Assembly: GCA_035716005.1 (NCBI GenBank)
Contig: DASTKG010000097.1
Location: 4,202 to 68,201, forward strand
Source of the DNA: Candidatus Eiseniibacteriota bacterium
GTDB taxonomy: Bacteria; Eisenbacteria; RBG-16-71-46; SZUA-252
DNA length: 64,000 nucleotides
Reading direction: 5' to 3'
How positions within the stretch are numbered: position 1 is the first letter of the stretch; every line of letters starts with the position of its first letter. This document shows, piece by piece, positions 9,440 through 18,295 of the stretch. A program made the translations under genes and the position numbers. The notes below the pieces were generated by a model. The model ran no database searches and was not told the origin of the DNA. It was given only the letters and a program-made list of their open reading frames with translations.

Positions 9440-9901
9440 GTGGACATGGTGCAGCTCGTCCTGCCGAACGACGCCAACACGCTCGGCAACGTGCTCGGCG
9501 GGATGGTGCTCCATTGGATCGACCTGGCGGCGGCCATCGTGGCGCATCGCCACTGCCGCATGCAGTGCGTCACGGCCTCGATCGACCAGGTGTCGTTCGA
9601 GGCGCCGATCAAGATCGGCCAGCTCGCGGTGATCACGGGCCGCATGACCTACGCGGGCCGCACCTCGATGGAGATCCGGGTCGACGTGCAGAGCGAGGAC
9701 TTGGAAAGCGCGTTCCGGAGGCAGACGAGCACGGCTTATCTGACCTTCGTGGCGATCGACGAAAAGGGAGCGCCGGTGCCGGTTCCGCCGCTCGTTCCCG
9801 AAACGGATGAAGAACGACGCGAAGCGCGCGCGGCCGAAGAGCGGCGCGCGGCGCGTCTCGAGAAGGCCCACCACGCCGAGAGGGAGATCACGCGTCGATG
9901 A
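9440..9901 (+). CDS. Acyl-CoA thioesterase (YciA-type hotdog fold)
   Basis: VLPNDANTLGNVLGGMVLHWID...VTASID...GRTSMEI...AYLTFVAID. Confidence 0.85.
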   Translation: MDMVQLVLPNDANTLGNVLGGMVLHWIDLAAAIVAHRHCRMQCVTASIDQVSFEAPIKIGQLAVITGRMTYAGRTSMEIRVDVQSEDLESAFRRQTSTAYLTFVAIDEKGAPVPVPPLVPETDEERREARAAEERRAARLEKAHHAEREITRR

Positions 9902-10929
9902 AAACGATGGACAGCGCCCCGGCCCAGGCCGGCGCGCCGAGCGACACCCAGCCGATCACCTACATCGAGGCCATCACGCAGGGCCTCACCGAGGAGATGG
10001 AGCGCGACGAGCGCATCTTTCTCATCGGCGAGGATATCGCCAACTACGGCGGCGTCTTCAAGGCGACGAAGAACCTCTACGAGCGCTTCGGCCCGCTGCG
10101 CGTCATCGACAGCCCGATCTCGGAGAACTTCCTGGTGCAGGGCGCCGTGGGCGCCGCGCTGGCGGGGCTCATTCCCTCGCCCGAGATCCAGTTCGACGAC
10201 TTCACCTCCCTCGCGGTGGACGGCATCGTGGAGCACGCCGCGAAGATGCGCTACCGCTCGGGCGGCATGTGGACCTGCCCCATGGTCATCCGCGTCTGCT
10301 GCGGCGCGGGCGTGGGAGGCGGCCTCTACCACTCGCAGTTCAACGCCTCCTGGTTCATGCACAGCCCCGGCCTCGTGGTCGTCGCGCCGTCGAATCCGTA
10401 CGACGCGAAGGGCCTCCTGAAGGCCGCGTTCCGCGGGCAGAACCCTGTCCTCTACTACGAGCACAAGCGCCTCTACCGCACGTCGAAGGGCGTCGTGCCG
10501 AAGGGGGACTACGTCGTTCCGCTCGGCAAGGCCGCGGTCGCGCGCGAGGGGAAGCACGCCACGATCGTTTCGTACTCGCTCATGCTCCATCGGTCGCTCG
10601 ACGCGGCCAAGAAGCTCGCCGCGGAGGGGATCGAAGTCGAGGTGATCGATCTCCGGACGCTCGCTCCCTACGATCACGAGACGATTCTGGAATCGGTGAA
10701 GAAGACGGCACGATGCGCGGTCGTCTACGAAAGCAGCCGGACCATGGGCGTCGGCGCCGAGATCGCCGCGATGGTGGCCGAGGAGGGCTTCTCCTCCCTC
10801 GACGCGCCGGTCATCCGCATTTCGCCGCCCGACGCGCCCCAGGAACCGTTCGCGCCGAATCTGGCCGATCACTATTTGCCGAACGCCGACCGGATCGCCC
10901 AGGCGATCCGCGAGCTGGTCGCCTACTAG
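9898..10929 (+). CDS. 2-oxoacid dehydrogenase E1 beta subunit
   Basis: GEDIANYGGVF, DSPISE, GGGLYHSQ, DAKGLL, EHKRLY and EVIDLRTL. Confidence 0.9.
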   Translation: MKTMDSAPAQAGAPSDTQPITYIEAITQGLTEEMERDERIFLIGEDIANYGGVFKATKNLYERFGPLRVIDSPISENFLVQGAVGAALAGLIPSPEIQFDDFTSLAVDGIVEHAAKMRYRSGGMWTCPMVIRVCCGAGVGGGLYHSQFNASWFMHSPGLVVVAPSNPYDAKGLLKAAFRGQNPVLYYEHKRLYRTSKGVVPKGDYVVPLGKAAVAREGKHATIVSYSLMLHRSLDAAKKLAAEGIEVEVIDLRTLAPYDHETILESVKKTARCAVVYESSRTMGVGAEIAAMVAEEGFSSLDAPVIRISPPDAPQEPFAPNLADHYLPNADRIAQAIRELVAY

Positions 10930-10954
10930 GCCCTCGGGCCACCGGGAGGGAAGG

Positions 10955-12361
10955 ATGCCCACAACCATCATCGTGCCGCAGCTCGGCGAGAGCGTGGTCG
11001 AGGGAACGATCGGGAAGTGGCTGAAGAAGGTCGGCGATCCGATCGCCAAGGACGAACCGATCGTCGAGATCATCACGGACAAGATCAACATCGAGCTCCC
11101 CGCCCCCAACGCCGGGACGCTCGGCAAGATCACGGTCGGCGAGGGCGTCGTCGCGCAGGTCGGCGACGAGCTCGGCGTCATTCTGGCCGCCGGCGAGTCG
11201 CTCGGGGCGTCGGCCGGCGCGCCGGCTCCGGCGCCCGCCCACGCGGCCGCGACCGGCGCGCCGGCGCCTAACGCGCCCGCGCCCGCCCCGGCTTCCACGT
11301 CCCCCGCCCCCGCCTACGCTCCGTCGGCCTCGGCCACCTCGACGGCCACGCTTCCCGCTCCCCCGTCCGGGGACGGCGCGCGGCTCTCGCCCGCCGTGCG
11401 GAAGCTCGTGAAGGAGCACGGCGTCGACGTCGCCCAGGTTCGAGGCTCCGGAATGGGCGGACGCGTCACGCGCGAGGACGTTCTCACGCATATCGAGGCT
11501 CGGAAGCTGAGCCCCGGCGCTCCGGGCGGATTCATGGCTCCGACGGCGGGCGGCATGGCCGCCGCGGCCCCCGCCGCGGGGATGCAGGCTCCCGCGGCCC
11601 CCGCGCCGAAGCCGCTCAAGGGGATCCCGGCGCCGTCGTTCGCGGCCGCCGGCTCCCACGAGGAGGTCGTGCAGCCCCTGACGACTCTCCGAAAGAAGAT
11701 CGCCGAGAACATGTCGAAGGCCCGTCACACGGCGGCGCACTGCTCCGTGACGGACGAGGTCGACATGACGGCGCTGGTCGAACTTCGCAAGCGGCTCAAG
11801 GAGCGCGTGAAGAGCGAGTACGGCGTCAATCTCACCTACATGCCGTTCATCACGCGGGCGGTCGTCCGGGCGCTGAAGGAGTATCCGATCCTGAACGCCA
11901 CGATGACCGAGACCGACGTCCGGTATCGGAAGTACTACAGCATCGGAATGGCCGTCCACCGCGACCAGGGCCTCATCGTGCCGGTGCTCCACGACGCCGA
12001 CAAGAAGACGATCTTGCAGCTCGCGGCCGAGATGGAAGACCTCGCCGCGCGCGCGCGGGCCGAGAAACTCACGCTGAACGACATCGAGGGCGGCACGTTC
12101 ACCATCACGAACGCCGGCATGTTCGGGGCCACGGCGTCGCAGCCCGTCATCAACCATCCGCAAGTCGGCATCCTGGGCGTCCATCTCATCGAAGAGCGCC
12201 CCGTGGTGCGCGATCACAGGATCGTCGTCCGCTGGATGATGACCCTGGTTCTCTCGTTCGACCATCGGCTCGTCGACGGAACGCCGGCGGCCCAATTCCT
12301 CCACCGCGTGAAGGAGCTCCTCGAGGATCCGGAGAGCTGGCTCCTCGACTCCATGGGATAG
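10955..12361 (+). CDS. Dihydrolipoamide acyltransferase (E2)
   Basis: Lipoyl domain (EIITDKINIEL), Ala/Pro linker, E3-binding domain (SPAVRKL...GSGMGGRVTREDV) and catalytic FDHRLVDG. Confidence 0.92.
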   Translation: MPTTIIVPQLGESVVEGTIGKWLKKVGDPIAKDEPIVEIITDKINIELPAPNAGTLGKITVGEGVVAQVGDELGVILAAGESLGASAGAPAPAPAHAAATGAPAPNAPAPAPASTSPAPAYAPSASATSTATLPAPPSGDGARLSPAVRKLVKEHGVDVAQVRGSGMGGRVTREDVLTHIEARKLSPGAPGGFMAPTAGGMAAAAPAAGMQAPAAPAPKPLKGIPAPSFAAAGSHEEVVQPLTTLRKKIAENMSKARHTAAHCSVTDEVDMTALVELRKRLKERVKSEYGVNLTYMPFITRAVVRALKEYPILNATMTETDVRYRKYYSIGMAVHRDQGLIVPVLHDADKKTILQLAAEMEDLAARARAEKLTLNDIEGGTFTITNAGMFGATASQPVINHPQVGILGVHLIEERPVVRDHRIVVRWMMTLVLSFDHRLVDGTPAAQFLHRVKELLEDPESWLLDSMG

Positions 12362-12368
12362 GAAGGTC

Positions 12369-13787
12369 ATGACCGAAGCGACCGCCGCGGGCGCCTCCCG
12401 CCAGACCCGAATCGAGAAGGACTCTCTCGGACCACTCGAGGTCCCGGCCGACGCCCTCTACGGCGTCCAGACCGCCCGCGCGGTCGCCAACTTTCCCATC
12501 AGCGGCGAGCGGCTCCATCGCGAGATGATCCGCGCCGTCGCCCGCATCAAGATCGCGGCCGCGCGCGCCAACAGCGACCTCGGCGTCCTCGACAAGGCCA
12601 AGGCCGACGCCATCGTGAAGGCGGCCGAGGAAGTGGTGGCCGGGAAGCACGACGCCCACTTCGTCGTCGACGCCTATCAGGCCGGCGCCGGCACCTCGTT
12701 CCACATGAACGTGAACGAGGTCGTCGCGAACCGAGCCTGCGAATTGATGGGCGGCCAGCGGGGTGACACCAAGCTCGTCAGCCCGAACGACCACGTCAAC
12801 AATTCGCAGTCGACCAACGACGTCATTCCGACGGCCATCCGGCTCGCGGCCTACGAGCTCTCGGGCCCGGTGATCGAGGAGATGACGGCGCTCGCCCGCT
12901 CCTTCGCGGGGCGCGCGGCCGCGTTCCGCACGGTTCTCAAGTCGGGCCGCACGCACCTCCAGGACGCGGTCCCGGTCACGCTCGGGCAGGAGTTCTCGGG
13001 GTACCAGGTCTGCGTCGAGGGGTGGGTCGAGTCGCTGAAGCGAAGCCGCGAGGGGCTGCTGGCGCTCGGTCTCGGCGGAAACGCCGCGGGCACCGGCATC
13101 AACGCCCACCCGCAGTATCGCGAAAAGACGATCGCCAACATCGCCGCCCTGACCGGCGCCCCGTTCCGCCCGTCGCCGAACCTCTTCGAGGCGATGCAGA
13201 GCATGGCGCCCTTCGTCCGCCTCTCGAACGACCTCCGCGGCTTCTGCCTCGACCTCACGCGGATCGCGAACGACTTCCGCCTCCTGGCGAGCGGCCCCAC
13301 GACTGGCTTCGACGAGGTGATCCTCCCCGTCGTCCAGCCCGGCTCCTCCATCATGCCCGGGAAGGTGAACCCGGTCGTCGCCGAGATGACGAACATGGTC
13401 TGCTTCCAGGTGCTCGGCTACGACACCACGGTCGCCTACGCGGCGCAGGCGGGCCAGCTCGAGCTGAACGTCATGATGCCGGTCATCGCCCACAATCTCC
13501 TTCGCTCGCTGGCGATCCTGGCGCCGACTCTACGCGTGCTGCGCACGACCTGCGTCGACGGCATCACGGCGAACGAGGACGTCTGCCGCGCCTACTTCGA
13601 GCATTCGATCTCCCTCGCCACCGCCCTGAACCCCTACATCGGCTACATGGCCGCGGCGGAAGTCGCCAAGGAGTCGGCCAAGACGGGAAAGACGGTCGTG
13701 GCGATCGTGCGGGAGCGGAAGCTTCTGACCGAGGAGCAGATCGCGAAGGTCTTCTCGGCGGAGACGATGACGGGGGTCGGCAAGTAG
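12369..13787 (+). CDS. aspA: Aspartate ammonia-lyase (fumarase/aspartase superfamily)
   Basis: YGVQTARA, QAGAGTSFHMN (AspA-like rather than the FumC QTGSGT), QSTND, GRTHLQDA and GSSIMPGKVNP. Confidence 0.75.
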   Translation: MTEATAAGASRQTRIEKDSLGPLEVPADALYGVQTARAVANFPISGERLHREMIRAVARIKIAAARANSDLGVLDKAKADAIVKAAEEVVAGKHDAHFVVDAYQAGAGTSFHMNVNEVVANRACELMGGQRGDTKLVSPNDHVNNSQSTNDVIPTAIRLAAYELSGPVIEEMTALARSFAGRAAAFRTVLKSGRTHLQDAVPVTLGQEFSGYQVCVEGWVESLKRSREGLLALGLGGNAAGTGINAHPQYREKTIANIAALTGAPFRPSPNLFEAMQSMAPFVRLSNDLRGFCLDLTRIANDFRLLASGPTTGFDEVILPVVQPGSSIMPGKVNPVVAEMTNMVCFQVLGYDTTVAYAAQAGQLELNVMMPVIAHNLLRSLAILAPTLRVLRTTCVDGITANEDVCRAYFEHSISLATALNPYIGYMAAAEVAKESAKTGKTVVAIVRERKLLTEEQIAKVFSAETMTGVGK

Positions 13788-13851
13788 ACTTCGCTTCGTG
13801 CTTCGACGCCGGCGGAAGCGGAAGCCTCCGATCGGCGCCCCTGGCGCGAAC

Positions 13852-15573
13852 TCAGCGCGAGTCGGTCCAGTCCTTGGGTTGCGGCGCCGGCGATCCCGGA
13901 ATGTAAGGACGCACCACGATCATCGCCCCCGACCCTCGCCCCTCCGGCTGCGGGATCAAGGTTTCCGGAGCGCTCACGACGATATAGGGCAGCGCCGTCA
14001 CGAACTCGCTCGTGGCGACCTCGATCTTGCAGGCCCGCCCCTTCGGCTTCCGCACGAAGAAGTAGCCGTCCGAGTCGGTGTAGACGAGTTCGCCGTCCAC
14101 CTTGATGGCGGCGCCCCGAACGGGGCTCCCCTTCTCGTCGGTCACGATCCCCTGCACCATCTGGTCCGAGAAGGAGGGCATCGACTCGGAGGAGCGCCCC
14201 TCCATCCCGCGATAGACGTACTGGTTCCCGCCCAGCGTGTACTTCACCTGACCGTCCGGCGTGAGATAGCTCCCCACGTTCGCGGTGAAGCCTCCGAACG
14301 CCAGGAGCCGGACGTTCAGCATGAGGGCCTGCTGGAAGGGGTTCCCCTCGCCGAACGGCACGTAGACGGTCTGCCATTCCGCGCCGACGCTGAACCGGCT
14401 GGAGACGAAGTTCCCCCCGAAGGAGAGCGTGCTGTTCCCGTCGGTGTGCGTGAGGACCTGCGTGAGGTCGAGGTGAGGCGACACCGACTCGCGCAGCACG
14501 CCGACCACCGTGTTGAAGACCTGGCCGGAGCGATCGACGGCGTGGAAGTAGTTTCCGCCGGCGCGAATCGCGCCTCCGATCGGCCTCTCCAGTCCGACCG
14601 AGATGCCGCGATTTCCGGCCGCCGTGGAACGGGAATCGTAGAGCCCCACCGTCGACATCGCGCCCAGCACGCTGGCGCTCACGTTCAGCTGATGCACCTC
14701 GCCGTGATAGGCGGGGAATCGCGGCGTCTCGGGCTGGAGGAAATGGTACCGGCCCGCCTGCAGGACAAGCCCCCTCACCGGGCGGACCTTGACGTCGATG
14801 TTCTCGCGCTCCATTTCCGATTCGCTCGGCTGCGGGATCGCGACGCGCCGGAACGCGTCGGCCGCCGCCGTCCACGCCGCCCGGGCCGCGATCCAGGGGC
14901 GCTCGAAGCGGGCGCTGACGGCGCCGTACGGCTCGCCGGCCCCGCCTCCTCCGGCGAACGCCGCCGAGAAGTCCTCGCTCGGCCTCCAGTCGAGGCCGCT
15001 GATGACGGTCTGGCGGTCGGAGAAGATGGAGCGCGTCAGCACGTGCACGGTGGGCGAGACGTCGTGGTCGAGGAAGAGGATCCCCGCCCCGCGCACGCTC
15101 TGCGCGCCGGTGAAGAAGGGCGACCCGTAGACGGTGGCGGTGGTCCCCCCGATCGCGCGCAGGTGCACGTCGCCGATCTCGCGCTCGAACCCGAACCCGC
15201 GGCCGAAGAAGGAATGAGGCGCCTGAAAGATATCGGTGGGAAGCCCGAACGGGACCGCCTGATCTCCCGCGGAGATCAGGCCGCCCTGGTATTCCATTCG
15301 CGCGAGCGCGCCGAACCGAAACTGCTCGAGGTCGCCGAGCCCGATCCAGCCGTCGTACCCCGCGCCGCGGACGTTCAGGGTCCCGCCGGTGGCGTGGTAC
15401 TGGCTCGACGTCCCCCCCGAGATCTGGAAGACCTGCGCGCGGGCGGCCGGCGCGACCGAGGCGGCGCACCCGAGCAGGAGCGTCACGAGGGCCGGGAGCC
15501 CCCAAGACGCAAAGAGGCCCCCCAGGGGCCGTGGGCCCTTTCGCGGAAGCCTCGATCCAAACATGAGGTTCAC
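13852..15573 (-). CDS. Secreted beta-strand-rich protein with a C-terminal Ig-like (carboxypeptidase-regulatory-like) domain; putative short usher-like outer-membrane assembly protein
   Basis: Signal peptide ending ARA|QVF. A long run of alternating hydrophobic/aromatic strands. C-terminal VQGIVTDEKGSPVRGAAIKVDGELVYTDSDGYFF. Last gene of the pilin-like operon. The function is inferred. Confidence 0.55.
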   Translation of the reverse strand: MNLMFGSRLPRKGPRPLGGLFASWGLPALVTLLLGCAASVAPAARAQVFQISGGTSSQYHATGGTLNVRGAGYDGWIGLGDLEQFRFGALARMEYQGGLISAGDQAVPFGLPTDIFQAPHSFFGRGFGFEREIGDVHLRAIGGTTATVYGSPFFTGAQSVRGAGILFLDHDVSPTVHVLTRSIFSDRQTVISGLDWRPSEDFSAAFAGGGGAGEPYGAVSARFERPWIAARAAWTAAADAFRRVAIPQPSESEMERENIDVKVRPVRGLVLQAGRYHFLQPETPRFPAYHGEVHQLNVSASVLGAMSTVGLYDSRSTAAGNRGISVGLERPIGGAIRAGGNYFHAVDRSGQVFNTVVGVLRESVSPHLDLTQVLTHTDGNSTLSFGGNFVSSRFSVGAEWQTVYVPFGEGNPFQQALMLNVRLLAFGGFTANVGSYLTPDGQVKYTLGGNQYVYRGMEGRSSESMPSFSDQMVQGIVTDEKGSPVRGAAIKVDGELVYTDSDGYFFVRKPKGRACKIEVATSEFVTALPYIVVSAPETLIPQPEGRGSGAMIVVRPYIPGSPAPQPKDWTDSR

Positions 15574-15592
15574 ATCGCCCCCCGATTCCGCG

Positions 15593-16303
15593 TTAGCCCG
15601 CGCGCAGAGAATCCTCCACGGTGAATCGCTGGAAGCGGAGCCGGTACGTCGTCGGCGCGACCGGCGCGTCCCACGGAATCAGGACGCGGCGGGAGGCGCC
15701 CGGAAGGAGCGGAAAGCTTCCGCCCTGGCGCTTCTCCTTCTTGGCCGCCGCCTCCACCTCCTCCACCCGCCCCAGGCGCGGGCTCAGATTCTTGAGGCGA
15801 AGCGAGACGTTCTTCGCGACCGAGTCCCAGACGGCCGATTCCACGCGCACGTCCGCGGCTCCGAGGGGCGTCTTCGGGAGCATGTAGACGGTGTGCGGGA
15901 GCTCGATCTCGATCTCGATCCCCTTGTGCCGCGGCATGCCGGCGAAGGTGGCGAAGATCGTGAACCAGGCGGGAATCGACTCGGCGCGGGCGTCGAAGAA
16001 GATGGTGCGCGACTGCTGCGCCGGAATGCGGAAGCTCATCTCCGAGAGCTTGAGCTTCACGGAGGGATCGAGCGCCCGGTAGACCGGGTCGCCCTCCTCC
16101 GTCACGTCGAAGCTCCTCGGCTCCATGATGACGTTCACGGGCAGGAGCTGGTCGTTCACGAGCTCGAACTTGCCGCGGACGTGGGTTCCCTTGTACTCGA
16201 CGATCACGGGGCGGACCGTCTGAGCCCGCGCCGCTTCCGCGCTCCCGAGGAGCGCGAGCGCCGCGAGCAGCATCCACACTTTGCTTCCGTTGCCGGACCT
16301 CAT
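15593..16303 (-). CDS. Secreted protein resembling a periplasmic pilus chaperone (two Ig-like domains), 236 aa
   Basis: ATG 16303 with a GGAAGG RBS. Signal ending ARA|QTVRPVIVEY. Features include FELVN, FRIPAQQSRTI and LRLKNLSPRLGRV...FPLLPGASRRVLIPW. Size and beta pattern are PapD/CooB-like. Confidence 0.55.
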   Translation of the reverse strand: MRSGNGSKVWMLLAALALLGSAEAARAQTVRPVIVEYKGTHVRGKFELVNDQLLPVNVIMEPRSFDVTEEGDPVYRALDPSVKLKLSEMSFRIPAQQSRTIFFDARAESIPAWFTIFATFAGMPRHKGIEIEIELPHTVYMLPKTPLGAADVRVESAVWDSVAKNVSLRLKNLSPRLGRVEEVEAAAKKEKRQGGSFPLLPGASRRVLIPWDAPVAPTTYRLRFQRFTVEDSLRAG

Positions 16304-16338
16304 CGCGATTCCTTCCCTGGCTCGCGGACTTCGCGCCG

Positions 16339-16923
16339 CTAGAACGCCCGCACCTGGATCCGAAGCGTTCCGTTGTAGTTGCCCGCCGGCACCGGCGGGC
16401 TCGTCGTGAGATTGACGCGCAGGTCGAGGTTGTCGGTCCTCGTCTTGCTCTTGTTCACGCCGGTGATCGTCTCCGAGACGAGGAGCAGGCTTCCTCCGGC
16501 GGGGCCGACCGGATTGGTCTGGGCGATCGGCGTGTAGGTCGTCGGGACTCCCGTCGTCACCCGCCCTTCCACGTAGTTCGACGGGATGTTCATCGTCGCT
16601 CCCGCCAGCGCCGCCGAGGGCGTGCTGAAGTATCCGTAGACCCGGACCGTCCCGATCTGGCCCGGGTTCACGCTCCAGGAGGTGGTGATCGCCGCGGCGG
16701 TGCTGCCGTTCGCGATCGCCCCCTGGAGGAGCGAGAAGTTCATCGAGGATCCGCTGCCGATCACGACGGTCAGGGCGGAGACCTTCGTCGCCTGGAGCGT
16801 GACGATGGAGACGCCGGACAGGGTCTGCGCCCGCGCCGGGGCCGCGAGCAGAAACGCGGCGAGGACGCCCGGCGCGAGGCCGGGCGCCCCCATCCAACGT
16901 GCGATACGGCGTATCCCGTCCAT
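16339..16923 (-). CDS. Secreted pilin-like subunit B (162 aa mature)
   Basis: Signal ending ARA|QTL. No Cys; T/S/G/A/V-rich. C-terminus PAGNYNGTLRIQVRAF. Paralog of 16945-17511. Confidence 0.62.
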   Translation of the reverse strand: MDGIRRIARWMGAPGLAPGVLAAFLLAAPARAQTLSGVSIVTLQATKVSALTVVIGSGSSMNFSLLQGAIANGSTAAAITTSWSVNPGQIGTVRVYGYFSTPSAALAGATMNIPSNYVEGRVTTGVPTTYTPIAQTNPVGPAGGSLLLVSETITGVNKSKTRTDNLDLRVNLTTSPPVPAGNYNGTLRIQVRAF

Positions 16924-16944
16924 GGGATGGATCGATCCGCTCGG

Positions 16945-17511
16945 CTAGAGAGCGCGCGCCTGAATGCGGAGCGTGCCCGTGTACGTGCTCGCCGGCACCG
17001 TCGGGCTCGCCGTGAGATCGATCTGGAGATCGAGATTGTCGCTGCGCGTCTTGATCTTGTTCGCGCCGGTGACGGCCTCCGTGAAGAGGAGAAGGCTTCC
17101 GTTGGCCGGTCCGACGGCGTTCGTCTGCGTGAACGACGTGAAGGTGGCCACGGCGCCCGTCGTCATGCGGCCCTGGACGTAGGTCGAGGCGATGTCGTAG
17201 ACGCCGTCCGTGAGGGCGGCCGACGGCGTGTTGAAGTAGCCGAAGAGGCTCACGGCGCCCGTCAGGCCGGGATTCAGGTTCCACGAGGTCGAGATGGCCG
17301 GGGAAACGTCGCCCGCCGCCGCCGCGCCCTGCGTGAGCGCGAAGTTGACCGTCGACCCGCTCGTCACGCTGACCGTGAGGGTCTGCGCGGCGTTCGCGTT
17401 CAGGTTGACGTTCGCGATGTTCGATAGGAGCTGCGCCTCGGCGGATCCGGCGACGCCGAAGCCGGCGACGACGAGGGCCACGGCGACACGAACGGTCGTG
17501 CGAAGTTTCAT
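16945..17511 (-). CDS. Secreted pilin-like subunit A (162 aa mature; probable major subunit)
   Basis: ATG 17511 with a strong AGGAGG RBS. Signal ending AEA|QLL. N-terminal alternating strand ANVNLNA and C-terminus PASTYTGTLRIQARAL. Confidence 0.62.
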   Translation of the reverse strand: MKLRTTVRVAVALVVAGFGVAGSAEAQLLSNIANVNLNANAAQTLTVSVTSGSTVNFALTQGAAAAGDVSPAISTSWNLNPGLTGAVSLFGYFNTPSAALTDGVYDIASTYVQGRMTTGAVATFTSFTQTNAVGPANGSLLLFTEAVTGANKIKTRSDNLDLQIDLTASPTVPASTYTGTLRIQARAL

Positions 17512-17644
17512 GGGAACGATTCCTCCTGAGCATTGCCAGGCCAGGCTGGGACCAAGCCTTGCCGAGGCGGATTGGCTTTCTCCGGCCCCCTGCGTCTTGG
17601 GATTCATCGTCAGGAAGGCCGTTCAACTTTGGCGAAAAGTCGCG

Positions 17645-17687
17645 CAAAAAGAGAGGGGGCGGGCGCCTTGCGAGCGCCGCCCCCTCC
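17645..17687 (-). terminator. Rho-independent terminator after the OMP gene
   Basis: On the minus strand, GAGGGGGCGGCGC-loop-GCGCCCGCCCCCTC (one bulge) followed by TCTTTTTG. Confidence 0.75.
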
Positions 17688-17704
17688 AAGCACTTACGAG
17701 CGAA

Positions 17705-18295
17705 TTACAGGTTGAAGCCGACGCCCGCGCGGAAGTTCAGGTAGTTGGTGCTCTGGCCTTCCGTCGAGATCGTGTGGTACTGGAGGCCGACGTTCATCTT
17801 CGTGGTCGGGGCGACCGGGAAGTTCACGCCCGCGCCGAAGTTGAAGCCGATCTTCGACTGGCTGTCGTCGGCGCTGCCGAGAACCGAGTCCTCGACCTTC
17901 GCCGAAACGTTGTAGAGGCCCGCGCCGCCCTGAGCGTAGAAGCTGGTGCCGACGCCGGGGCCGAACGTATAGCGGACGGCCGGATTGATGCGGAAGACGC
18001 TGCCCGAGACCTTGGTCGTCGAGCTCGAGAACGGATCCGTGTACTCGGCCGAACCGAGGTTGTCGAACGACACTTCGCCGCCCCACGAGATGCTGGGGGA
18101 CGTGCCGCGCCAGTACGCGGCGCCGAAGCCGATTCCGCCGCCCATCGCGTCGCCGCTCGGGGTGACCTCATCGGAGTTCTTGTTGTAGCCGGCGTTCAGC
18201 TCGAGCGTGCCGACCGGGCCGGCGAGCGCCACCGGAGCGAACGCGACCGCCGCGACGAGAACCGAAGCCAACAGGAGCGAGAGATTGCGCTTCAT
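17705..18295 (-). CDS. Small outer-membrane beta-barrel protein (OmpA-transmembrane/OMP_b-brl-like)
   Basis: Signal peptide, about 8 amphipathic strands (YAQGGAGLY, GFNFGAGVNF) and C-terminal RAGVGFNL. Confidence 0.8.
   Translation of the reverse strand: MKRNLSLLLASVLVAAVAFAPVALAGPVGTLELNAGYNKNSDEVTPSGDAMGGGIGFGAAYWRGTSPSISWGGEVSFDNLGSAEYTDPFSSSTTKVSGSVFRINPAVRYTFGPGVGTSFYAQGGAGLYNVSAKVEDSVLGSADDSQSKIGFNFGAGVNFPVAPTTKMNVGLQYHTISTEGQSTNYLNFRAGVGFNL

Noticed and set aside
9376-9440. Thioesterase-like sequence (GKAPRESR) continuing upstream of the GTG start without another start codon
   Set aside because: Starting at 9440 still keeps the first core strand, so there is not enough evidence for a frameshift or an unusual start.
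17512-17645. Possible sigma54 promoter for the pilin-like operon
   Set aside because: The GG...GC candidates I found have 9-nt rather than 10-nt spacing, so they do not fit the -24/-12 geometry.
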